Of a DNA stretch of 64,000 nt, positions 1-7,857 are shown piece after piece (within the stretch, counting starts at the first letter, position 1; every line of letters begins with the position of its first letter). Source of the DNA: Pseudomonadota bacterium. GTDB taxonomy: Bacteria; Bdellovibrionota_B; Oligoflexia; Oligoflexales; CAIYRB01. Below the pieces are notes generated by a model. That model was not told where the DNA came from. It did no database searches and was given only the letters and a program-made list of their open reading frames with translations. The stretch is taken from assembly GCA_031416315.1 (NCBI GenBank), contig JANOTL010000201.1, positions 15,685 to 79,684 of the forward strand, given 5' to 3'. The position numbers and the translations under genes are program-made.

Positions 1-884
1 GCCATGATGTTGCCGAGGATCATCGACACCATCGCGAGGAAGGTCAGCCCCGTCGCCCAGGCGTCGTAGACCGGCGCGAGGCCGCTCGCGAAGAGCCGCA
101 TGGTGACGATGAGGATCATGACCTTGACGGTCGTCGCCATGAAAGCCGTGATCCCCGTCGGCGCCGCTTCGTACGTGTCGGGGGCCCAAAGGTGGAACGG
201 CGCCAGCGCCAGCTTGAATCCCAGGCCGGCGAGCGAGAACACGATGCCGAGCCGCACCCAGTGGTGATCGGCGAGCTTCGGCAGGGCTTCGACGATCGTG
301 CTCATGCGCATGCTGCCCGTCGCCGCATAGAGCAGACCGAAGCCGAAGAGAAGGAGAGCTGCGGCGAACGAGCCGAGGACGAAATACTTGATCGCGCCCT
401 CTTGGCTACGGCGGGTCGGGTGCAGGTAGCCGACGAGCGCGTACAAGCCGATCGACGAGAGCTCGAGGCCGACGAAGAGCGTGATCAAATCCTCGCTCGA
501 CACCATGACCAGCATCCCGGCCACGACCATCATAAAAAGAGCTGCGATTTCGCCGCGATAGAACGCTTTGCTGAGGAAGGTTTCGCGGAACAGCAGGCAG
601 ACGACGATCGAGATCACCAGGATCGAGATCTGACCGAACTGCGACAGCGCGCCGGCGAGATAGGCGCCCTCTAGATAGAAAGTCTCAACGCCCGGCATGA
701 GGAAAATCGAGGCTGCCAGGGCGGCCACGAGCGACCCGAGCATCACCACGGTGATCGAGCCGACGCCGCCGACGGACTTGAAGACCGCTTGCAACATGGC
801 GACGATCGAACCGAAGCATAGGATCAGGACCGGCAGCGCGGCGAGGTAAAACTCGCGCGTGAGGGTCGGAAAGCTGAAGTTCAT
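1..884 (-). CDS. nuoN: NADH-quinone oxidoreductase subunit N (partial; C-terminal part lies beyond the window start)
   Basis: Absent from the ORF track because it runs off the edge. My translation from the ATG (complement of 882-884) gives MNFSFPTLTREFYLAALPVLILCFGSIVAML... It is a polytopic protein with LFVGLELSSIGLY and LAPFHLWAPDTYEAAPTG motifs of the ND2/NuoN family. Its start makes an ATGA overlap with the nuoM stop, and it sits last in the nuo order. Confidence 0.85.
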   Translation of the reverse strand, partial: MNFSFPTLTREFYLAALPVLILCFGSIVAMLQAVFKSVGGVGSITVVMLGSLVAALAASIFLMPGVETFYLEGAYLAGALSQFGQISILVISIVVCLLFRETFLSKAFYRGEIAALFMMVVAGMLVMVSSEDLITLFVGLELSSIGLYALVGYLHPTRRSQEGAIKYFVLGSFAAALLLFGFGLLYAATGSMRMSTIVEALPKLADHHWVRLGIVFSLAGLGFKLALAPFHLWAPDTYEAAPTGITAFMATTVKVMILIVTMRLFASGLAPVYDAWATGLTFLAMVSMILGNIM

Positions 885-2461
885 GGGCCGTCCTTCTGCA
901 CCGCGGCGGTGCGCTTCACTTCTGGGACGAGATCGCCCGAGACCGCGACGATGCGGTAGTTGCGGTAGTTCTTCGCCAGGTGCTCGATGGACGCCCGCGA
1001 TTTATCCAGGAAGTAGTTCGGGAAGACGCCCATGACGATCGCGAGGACGGCGAGCGGCACCAGGTAGGCGAACTCGCGCGGGCTGAGGTCTTTAAGCACC
1101 TTGTTCTCGTCCTTGTCCAAGGGACCGAAGAGGATCTTGCGGCAGAGCGTCAGCATGTAGATCGCGCCGAGAAGGACGCCGAGCGAGGCCAGGGCGCCGG
1201 CTAGCGGCGATGACTGGAAGGTTCCGAGAAGAATCAGAAATTCGCCGACGAAGCCGCCCGTTCCGGGCAAGCCGACCGAGCTCAGCGTCGCGATGATCAG
1301 CATGGTCGCAAACCAGGGCATCACCTTGGCGATGCCGCCGAAGTCGGCGAGCATCCGCGTGTGGCGGCGCTCGTAGATCACGCCGACCAAGAAGAAGAGC
1401 GCGCCCGTGCTCACGCCGTGGTTGATCATTTGATAGACGGCGCCGGTGAGCGCCTCCGTGGAGATCGCGGCGCCGCCGCCGACGAGGGCGAGGCAGCCGA
1501 TGACGACGAAGCCCAAGTGCGAGACCGAGGAGTACGCGACCATCTTCTTCGCGTCCTTCTGCATCCACGCCGTGAGGGCGCCGTAGATGATCCCGATCAC
1601 GCCGAGCGTCATCAAGAACGGCGCGAAGGTCGCGACGGCTTGCGGGAAGAGCGGGATGGCGAAGCGCAGGAAGCCGTACGTACCGAGTTTCAGAAGCACG
1701 CCGGCGAGGATGACCGAGCCCGCGGTCGGCGCCTCGGTGTGCGCGTCGGGCAACCAGGTGTGGAACGGGAACATCGGCACTTTGATCGCAAAGGCCAGGG
1801 CGAACGCGGCAAAGAGCCAGAGCTGCGTCTCGTACAAGGGCTGCGTGCGGTAGAGGTCGAGGAGGCTCGTCGACCACTGTCCCGTCTGTTGGTAGTGGAG
1901 GATGTAGAGCGCGATCGCCGCGACCAGCATGAAGAGCGAGCCGACAACCGTATAGATGATGAACTTGGTCGTGGCATAGACGCGGTTCTTGCCGCCCCAG
2001 ATCCCGATGATGAAGTACATCGGGATCAGCATCGCTTCCCAGAAGAGGTAGAAGAACACCATGTCGAAGGCGAGGAGCGAGCCGAGCATCCCGCATTCCA
2101 GCGACATGAAGAGCGCGAGGAAGGCCTTCTGCCGCTTCTCGTCGACGTTCCAGAGGCTGAGCAGGATCAAAGGCGTCAGGATCGTGGTCAGCATCACGAG
2201 CAGGAGGCTCAGGCCGTCGAGGCCCATGATGAACTTGATGCCGAACTGCGGGATCCACTCGTAGGACTCGGTGAACTGCAGGCCCGCCGTCTTGCCGTCG
2301 AAGTTGGCCCAGAGGTGGAGACTCGCGAGAAAGGCGACGATGGCGCCGCCCATCGACACCCAACGTGCCAGCGCGAGGTTCGGGGTCGCGAGCACCACGG
2401 CCGCGGCGACCAAGGGCACGAAGGTCAAGAAGCTCAGGATGTGGCTGTTCAGAAATTCCAT
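881..2461 (-). CDS. nuoM: NADH-quinone oxidoreductase subunit M
   Basis: Track ORF 881..2503. The likely start is the internal MEFLNSHILSF (ATG, complement of 2459-2461). ND4/NuoM antiporter-like motifs are present (FHTWLPDAHTEAPTAGSVILAGVLLKLG). Confidence 0.93.
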   Translation of the reverse strand: MEFLNSHILSFLTFVPLVAAAVVLATPNLALARWVSMGGAIVAFLASLHLWANFDGKTAGLQFTESYEWIPQFGIKFIMGLDGLSLLLVMLTTILTPLILLSLWNVDEKRQKAFLALFMSLECGMLGSLLAFDMVFFYLFWEAMLIPMYFIIGIWGGKNRVYATTKFIIYTVVGSLFMLVAAIALYILHYQQTGQWSTSLLDLYRTQPLYETQLWLFAAFALAFAIKVPMFPFHTWLPDAHTEAPTAGSVILAGVLLKLGTYGFLRFAIPLFPQAVATFAPFLMTLGVIGIIYGALTAWMQKDAKKMVAYSSVSHLGFVVIGCLALVGGGAAISTEALTGAVYQMINHGVSTGALFFLVGVIYERRHTRMLADFGGIAKVMPWFATMLIIATLSSVGLPGTGGFVGEFLILLGTFQSSPLAGALASLGVLLGAIYMLTLCRKILFGPLDKDENKVLKDLSPREFAYLVPLAVLAIVMGVFPNYFLDKSRASIEHLAKNYRNYRIVAVSGDLVPEVKRTAAVQKDGP

Positions 2462-2475
2462 CGCGAACGCACCCT

Positions 2476-4407
2476 TTAGAAGATCAGCACCGTCAACATG
2501 CACAAGAGACCGATCACGAGCACCATCGCGTGACGGTGGATGCTACCCGACATCCGGAAGCTGGCGAGACCGCCAATCAACGTGCAGGCCTGGCCCACGC
2601 CGTTGACGATGCCGTCGATGATCATGACGTCGATCACTTTCCACATGAAGTGCGACATCTCGGCCAGAGGTTTGACGATGTAAGCGTCGTAGATCTCGTC
2701 GATCCAGTACTTGTTCTCGAGCAGCTCGTGGATGCCGCTGAAGCGCTCCGCCATCCGCTTCGCCAGGGGCGAAGGGCCCTTCCCGTAGAGGCTGATCGCG
2801 AACGCCGACGACAGGAACATGCCGAGCACCGAGATGCCCATGAGCAGGAACTCGAGGCTCGCGGGGTACGTCGCCGTCAGGTGAGTCCAGTTCTGCTTCG
2901 CGATCTCCGGCATCTCGACCACCGGGGCTAGGTAGTGATCGAAGAGCTGATGCACGGGGAACGGGATCACGTGCGGCACGTTCAAATAACCGACGAAGAC
3001 GCTGAGGAGCGCGAGGATCGTGAGCGGGCCCCACATGACGACGCTCGTCTCATGCAGGTGCTCGCGCGTGTGGTGGTCCGAGCGGTTCGGCCCGTAGAAG
3101 GTGAGCATCAGGAGGCGCACCATGTAGAAGGCCGTGCAGAGTGCCGCGAGCGCGCCCATCAGCCAGATCACTGGTCCGCCGCCGATCCAGGCCTTCCAGA
3201 GGATCTCGTCTTTCGAGAAGAAGCCGGAGAGGCCCGGGAAGCCGATGATGGCGAGGACGCCGATGAGCATCACGACGTGCGTGATCGGCATGTACTTCTT
3301 CAAGCCGCCCATCTCGCGCATGTCCTGCTTGTGGTGCATCGCGACGATGACCGAGCCGGCGCCCAAGAAGAGCAGAGCCTTGAAGCAGGCGTGCGTGAAG
3401 AGGTGAAACACGCCGCCCGAGAAGGCGCCGACGCCGCAAGCCAAGACCATGTAGCCCAGCTGGCTCACCGTGGAGTACGCGAGGACCTTCTTGATGTCGT
3501 TCTGCACCAGGGCAATCGTCGCGGCGAAGAGGGCGGTTGCAGCGCCTACGGCAGCAACGATCACTTGCGTGTCGGGCGCGAGGTAGTACAGGAAGCTGAG
3601 GCGCGTCATCATGTAGATGCCGGCTGTGACCATCGTCGCGGCATGGATGAGCGCCGACACCGGTGTCGGGCCGGCCATGGCGTCCGGGAGCCACACGTAG
3701 AGCGGCAGCTGCGCCGACTTGCCGCAAGCGCCGATGAAGAGCGCCAACGTGATCCAGGAAACTGCCTCGAGCTGGACCGGCGTCACGCCGTTGCCGAAGA
3801 CCATGTCCTTCAGCTCGGAGAAGGACACCGTGCCGAAGTACTTGTAGGTCAGGAAAATGCCGATCAGGAAGCCGATGTCCCCGATCCTGTTCACCAGGAA
3901 GGCCTTCATCCCGGCCGCGGCGTTCGCGTCGCTCTCGTACCAGTAGCCGATCAGGAGGTAGGAGCAGAGGCCGACGCCCTCCCAGCCGATGAACATGACG
4001 AGCATGTTGTCGCCGAAGACGAGCAGCAACATCATGAACACGAAGAGGTTGAGGTAGGAGAAGAAGCGCCAGGTCTCCTTCTCCTCGTGCATGTAGCCGC
4101 CGGCGTAAATGTGGATCAGAGAGCCGATGCCGGTGACGATCAGCATCATCATTCCCGACAGGCGGTCGAGGATGAAGTGAAAGGGCGCCTCGAAGCTTCC
4201 GGCACGCAACCAGTCCATACCAATGATGATCTGCTGCTTACCGCCGCCAGCCATGAACGGGATGTAGACGGCGAGGGCGCAGAAGAAGGCGCCGATGAGC
4301 GCCGCCGCTCCGATCACGTGCGACAGGGTCTTGGGCACCTTGTTGCGGACGAGGAGCCCGTTCACCAATGCGCCGAGAAGCGGCAGGAAAATGATCATCC
4401 AGAACAT
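2476..4407 (-). CDS. nuoL: NADH-quinone oxidoreductase subunit L
   Basis: 643 aa of the ND5/NuoL family (IGWEGVGLCSYLLIGYW; LPLYVWLPDAMAGPTPVSALIHAATMVTAGIY). The long C-terminal amphipathic region is typical of NuoL. Confidence 0.95.
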   Translation of the reverse strand: MFWMIIFLPLLGALVNGLLVRNKVPKTLSHVIGAAALIGAFFCALAVYIPFMAGGGKQQIIIGMDWLRAGSFEAPFHFILDRLSGMMMLIVTGIGSLIHIYAGGYMHEEKETWRFFSYLNLFVFMMLLLVFGDNMLVMFIGWEGVGLCSYLLIGYWYESDANAAAGMKAFLVNRIGDIGFLIGIFLTYKYFGTVSFSELKDMVFGNGVTPVQLEAVSWITLALFIGACGKSAQLPLYVWLPDAMAGPTPVSALIHAATMVTAGIYMMTRLSFLYYLAPDTQVIVAAVGAATALFAATIALVQNDIKKVLAYSTVSQLGYMVLACGVGAFSGGVFHLFTHACFKALLFLGAGSVIVAMHHKQDMREMGGLKKYMPITHVVMLIGVLAIIGFPGLSGFFSKDEILWKAWIGGGPVIWLMGALAALCTAFYMVRLLMLTFYGPNRSDHHTREHLHETSVVMWGPLTILALLSVFVGYLNVPHVIPFPVHQLFDHYLAPVVEMPEIAKQNWTHLTATYPASLEFLLMGISVLGMFLSSAFAISLYGKGPSPLAKRMAERFSGIHELLENKYWIDEIYDAYIVKPLAEMSHFMWKVIDVMIIDGIVNGVGQACTLIGGLASFRMSGSIHRHAMVLVIGLLCMLTVLIF

Positions 4408-4409
4408 CG

Positions 4410-4712
4410 TCAGCCCCTGAGCATCCGGAGGAAGTTCGTATCGATCCGGCCGTATTTTCGATAGAGCGCGATCACCATGGCGAGCCCGACGGCCGCTTCG
4501 CAGGCCGCGACCGTAATGATGAAGAAGACCATGATCTGTCCGTCGAGGTTGTTCACGGCGCGCGACGCGGCCACGAACACGATGTTGACCGCGTTGAGCA
4601 TGAGCTCGATCGACATCAGCACCATGATCAAGTTGCGCCGGGCCATGATGCCGACGATGCCACAGGTGAACATCACCGTGGCGAGGACGAGGTACATGTC
4701 AACGGGCACCAT
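4410..4712 (-). CDS. nuoK: NADH-quinone oxidoreductase subunit K
   Basis: 100 aa with three predicted TM helices. The ND4L/NuoK pattern is present (LMSIELMLNAVNIVFVA) and the position between nuoJ and nuoL fits. Confidence 0.92.
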   Translation of the reverse strand: MVPVDMYLVLATVMFTCGIVGIMARRNLIMVLMSIELMLNAVNIVFVAASRAVNNLDGQIMVFFIITVAACEAAVGLAMVIALYRKYGRIDTNFLRMLRG

Positions 4713-5271
4713 TGGTGAGGCTCCTCTTGCCGGCGACCGCGCCGTCTTTCGCGGCGGGCTTGTCTTTCTTGGCGATGACGACGCTGGCCACGATCGCGAG
4801 CAGGATCAGGATGGACGCGAGCTCGAAGGGCCACAGATAGCGGGTGAAGAGCACCATGCCGACCGCGAAGGTGTTGCCTCCCGCCTGTTCGATGACCTCT
4901 GGCGTCATGCCGCCGTTCGCCCCGCTCGGCCCGCCCAGGACCATGGTCACGGCGACGCCGATGAAGCCGACGATGGTGACGAGGAGAATCCCGACCTCCG
5001 GCGCGCTGACGCGGAAGCCTTGCATCGTCTCGGGCTCCAGGTTGAGCAGCATGATGACGAACATGAAGAGAACGACGATGGCGCCGGCATAGACCAGCAC
5101 TTGGATCGCAGCGACGAAGTGGGCGTCCATCTGGGCGTAGAGGCCGGCGACGCAGAAGAGGTCGACCACGAGGAAGACCGCGGACGTCACCGGGTTGCGG
5201 CTGGCGACCACCATGATGGAGCAAAGGGTGATCAGGCCTGCGAGGGCATGGAATACGAGGAGCTCGGTCAT
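4699..5271 (-). CDS. nuoJ: NADH-quinone oxidoreductase subunit J
   Basis: The real start is at MTELLVFHALAGLITL (ATG, complement of 5269-5271). The upstream part of the 357-aa track ORF is Arg-rich read-through across nuoH. The protein is a hydrophobic ND6/NuoJ-like protein and overlaps the nuoK start by 14 nt. Confidence 0.88.
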   Translation of the reverse strand: MTELLVFHALAGLITLCSIMVVASRNPVTSAVFLVVDLFCVAGLYAQMDAHFVAAIQVLVYAGAIVVLFMFVIMLLNLEPETMQGFRVSAPEVGILLVTIVGFIGVAVTMVLGGPSGANGGMTPEVIEQAGGNTFAVGMVLFTRYLWPFELASILILLAIVASVVIAKKDKPAAKDGAVAGKRSLTNGAR

Positions 5272-5297
5272 TTTCTCTCGCCTATTTTCCGACGGGG

Positions 5298-6440
5298 CTA
5301 GAACTTCAGGAACGCGACCACGAGCGCAGTGACCAGGATGTTGGCGAGGCCCAAGGGAAGCATGAACTTCCACCCGAGCGACATGAGCTGGTCGTAGCGG
5401 AAGCGGGGCAGCGTCCAACGCACCCACACGTAAAACCACATGAAGAACGCGGCTTTCAACAGCAAGGCGTTGAAGCCGACGAAGGCCGCCAAGGCTTCCG
5501 AGCCGAAGAGCAGGTTGACGAGCTGCTCGTGCGAGATGAAGCCGACCTGCCAGCCCCCGAAGAAGATCGTCGACGCGAGGCACGAGAGGACGAACATCGA
5601 CACGTACTCGCCGAGGAAGATCGCGGCGAACTTCGCGGAGTTGTATTCGGTGTGGAAGCCGGCGACCAGCTCGCTCTCGCCTTCGGCCAGGTCGAAGGGG
5701 GCGCGGTTCGTCTCGGCGAACATGCAGATCAGGAAGATCAGGAAGGACACTGGTGCCTTGATGAAGCCCCACTGCCAGAAGTACGTCTGCTCGATCACGA
5801 TCTCGTTCAGGTCGAGCGTCCCGTAGATCAGCACGATCGGGAGGAGGGACAAGCCGAGCGGGATCTCATAGCTGATCATCTGCGCGGAAGCGCGGAGCGC
5901 GCCGAGGAGCGAGTACTTGTTGTTGCTGGACCAGCCGGCGAGCGTGACCGTGTAGACGCCGAGCGACGAGATCGCGAAGATGAAAAGGAAGCCGACGTCG
6001 AGGCGGATCACGCTGAGCGGGATCTTGGTGCCGAAGGCGGTGATGTCGTTGCCGAAGGGGATGGCGCAAGCGATCATGATCGCTGCGAAAACGGCGAAGA
6101 CCGGCGCCAGGTGGTACATCACTTTGTTCGCGCCGTCGGGCATGACCTCCTGTTTCCAGATCAGCTTCACCGTGTCGGCGAGCGACTGGAAAAGGCCGTA
6201 GAGGCGCGACTTCAGCGGACCGATGTCGATACCGACCCGGTTCGGGCCCTTGCGCCGTTGCATGAAGGCCGGCGCGCGACGCTCGGCCCACACCATGATC
6301 GGCGGCACCTGCAGCACCAGGACGAAGACGAAGAGAAACTTCAGGAACGTAGCGATCAGCTCGATGCCCGCAGGACTCGACAGGTAGTTGATGACGCCGT
6401 TGAGCACGACGGTCGGGTTGAGCTCCGGGAGACCCATCAT
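5298..6440 (-). CDS. nuoH: NADH-quinone oxidoreductase subunit H
   Basis: 380 aa with ND1/NuoH motifs (AERRAPAFMQRRKGPNRVG; AETNRAPFDLAEGESELVAGFHTEYN). Confidence 0.95.
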   Translation of the reverse strand: MMGLPELNPTVVLNGVINYLSSPAGIELIATFLKFLFVFVLVLQVPPIMVWAERRAPAFMQRRKGPNRVGIDIGPLKSRLYGLFQSLADTVKLIWKQEVMPDGANKVMYHLAPVFAVFAAIMIACAIPFGNDITAFGTKIPLSVIRLDVGFLFIFAISSLGVYTVTLAGWSSNNKYSLLGALRASAQMISYEIPLGLSLLPIVLIYGTLDLNEIVIEQTYFWQWGFIKAPVSFLIFLICMFAETNRAPFDLAEGESELVAGFHTEYNSAKFAAIFLGEYVSMFVLSCLASTIFFGGWQVGFISHEQLVNLLFGSEALAAFVGFNALLLKAAFFMWFYVWVRWTLPRFRYDQLMSLGWKFMLPLGLANILVTALVVAFLKF

Positions 6441-6444
6441 AAAT

Positions 6445-6798
6445 TCAGTCCCACTCGAGTGCGCCGCGTTTCACCACGTAGACGTAGCCCGCGACCAGGA
6501 TCAACAGGAAGACGAGGATCTCGACGACGCCGAACCATCCGAGCTGCTTGAAGGTCGTCGCCCAGAGGTAGAGGAAGACCGTCTCGATGTCGAACAGGAT
6601 GAACAGGATGGCGGTGAGATAGAACTTTACCGACATCTTGTCGCGCGAGCCGACGGTCGGAACCCCGCATTCGTAGGGCTCGTATTTGACCTTTTTGTAG
6701 ACCTTCTTCGGCCCGATGAAGGTGGCCATGCCAGAGAGGATCAGGCCGAGGGTGACACCGACGACGAGGGCGAGAATGACGGGAACGTATGGATTCAT
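6445..6798 (-). CDS. nuoA: NADH-quinone oxidoreductase subunit A
   Basis: 117 aa of the ND3/NuoA family (YECG...; FYLTAILFILFDIETVFLYLW). It lies only 4 nt upstream of nuoH. Confidence 0.92.
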   Translation of the reverse strand: MNPYVPVILALVVGVTLGLILSGMATFIGPKKVYKKVKYEPYECGVPTVGSRDKMSVKFYLTAILFILFDIETVFLYLWATTFKQLGWFGVVEILVFLLILVAGYVYVVKRGALEWD

Positions 6799-6813
6799 CG
6801 CCGTTCAGGACCT

Positions 6814-6819
6814 TATAAT
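6814..6819 (+). promoter_or_regulatory. Perfect TATAAT hexamer 6 nt upstream of the gpsA ATG (possible leaderless transcript)
   Basis: The sequence ccTTATAATggacggATG was read directly. No convincing -35 element or Shine-Dalgarno sequence was seen. Confidence 0.35.
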
Positions 6820-6825
6820 GGACGG

Positions 6826-7857
6826 ATGGCGCAGAACCGGCACGGTGAAAAAATTCTAGTCCTGGGTTCCGGCAATTTCGGAACCTGCTTGGCCCAGCAT
6901 CTCGCCGAGAAGGGCTATCACGTCACGCTATGGACGCGCACGGCCGACGTCGCCGAAGCCATCAATACGAACCATAAAAATCCAAAATATCTCAGTACCA
7001 TTAACTTATCCCCGCGGTTGCACGCAACTACCAATATCAACGAGGGGTTGCTGAGCTCCGTGTCCGTCGTCGTGCACGTGACGCCGCTGCAAACGATGCG
7101 CACCGTGCTCGAGCTCGTGAAACCCTTCTGGCGCAAAGAGCTCCTCCTCGTCTGCGCGGCGAAAGGCATCGAGGTCGGCTCGATGAAATTGCCGCGCGAC
7201 ATCATCGCCGACACCCTCGGCGAGGACGTGGCCAAAGCCTCCGTAAGCCTCTCGGGGCCCAGCTTTGCGACCGAGATCGCGGCGCGCCAGCCGACCTGCG
7301 TCGCGGTCGCCAGCCACGACGAGCGCTGCGCTCAGTGGGCGCAGGAGCTCTTCCACGCCGTCCACTTCCGCGTCTACACCAGCGACGACCCGATCGGTCT
7401 CGAGGTGGCCGGCGCCTTGAAGAACGTCGTCGCCATCGCTGCAGGCGCCAGCGTCGGCATCGGCTTCCAGATGAATAGCCGTGCCGCCCTGATCACCCGC
7501 GGACTGGCCGAGATCACCAGGGTCGGCGTCGCCCTTGGCGCGAATCCCCTGACGTTCAAGGGTTTGGGGGGAGTCGGCGACCTGTTTCTGACGTGCACGT
7601 CGGAGAAGAGCCGGAACTTCACCGTCGGCTACCGCTTGGGGAAGGGTGAAGCCCTCGAGCATGTGTTGGCGTCGGTCGGCTCGGTCGCCGAAGGTGTCGC
7701 CACGACCGAGGCTGCTTACAATTTAAGCAACAAGCTGGGGGTCGAGGCGCCGATCATCCAGGAGGCTTACAACGTCTTGTACCGGCAGAAGCCGATCGCG
7801 CAGGCGGTTATGGATTTGCTGACGCGGGAGGCTAAGCCGGAGTTTGAGATCGGTTAA
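6826..7857 (+). CDS. gpsA: NAD(P)H-dependent glycerol-3-phosphate dehydrogenase
   Basis: The in-frame ATG at 6826 gives MAQNRHGEKILVLGSGNFGTCLAQHLA..., a Rossmann GxGxxG N-terminus. The GpsA-type core is present (LSGPSFATEIA, GLEVAGALKNVVAIAAG, GDLFLTCTS). The 5' part of track ORF 6388..7857 is antisense to nuoA and nuoH. Confidence 0.93.
   Translation: MAQNRHGEKILVLGSGNFGTCLAQHLAEKGYHVTLWTRTADVAEAINTNHKNPKYLSTINLSPRLHATTNINEGLLSSVSVVVHVTPLQTMRTVLELVKPFWRKELLLVCAAKGIEVGSMKLPRDIIADTLGEDVAKASVSLSGPSFATEIAARQPTCVAVASHDERCAQWAQELFHAVHFRVYTSDDPIGLEVAGALKNVVAIAAGASVGIGFQMNSRAALITRGLAEITRVGVALGANPLTFKGLGGVGDLFLTCTSEKSRNFTVGYRLGKGEALEHVLASVGSVAEGVATTEAAYNLSNKLGVEAPIIQEAYNVLYRQKPIAQAVMDLLTREAKPEFEIG

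Noticed and set aside
192-6551. Plus-strand ORFs across the nuo cluster (192..674, 1361..2479, 2935..4464, 4477..5301, 5529..6551).
   Set aside because: They are antisense to clearly recognisable NuoN/M/L/K/J/H proteins. Their products are Arg/Asp/Glu/His-rich with no family resemblance.
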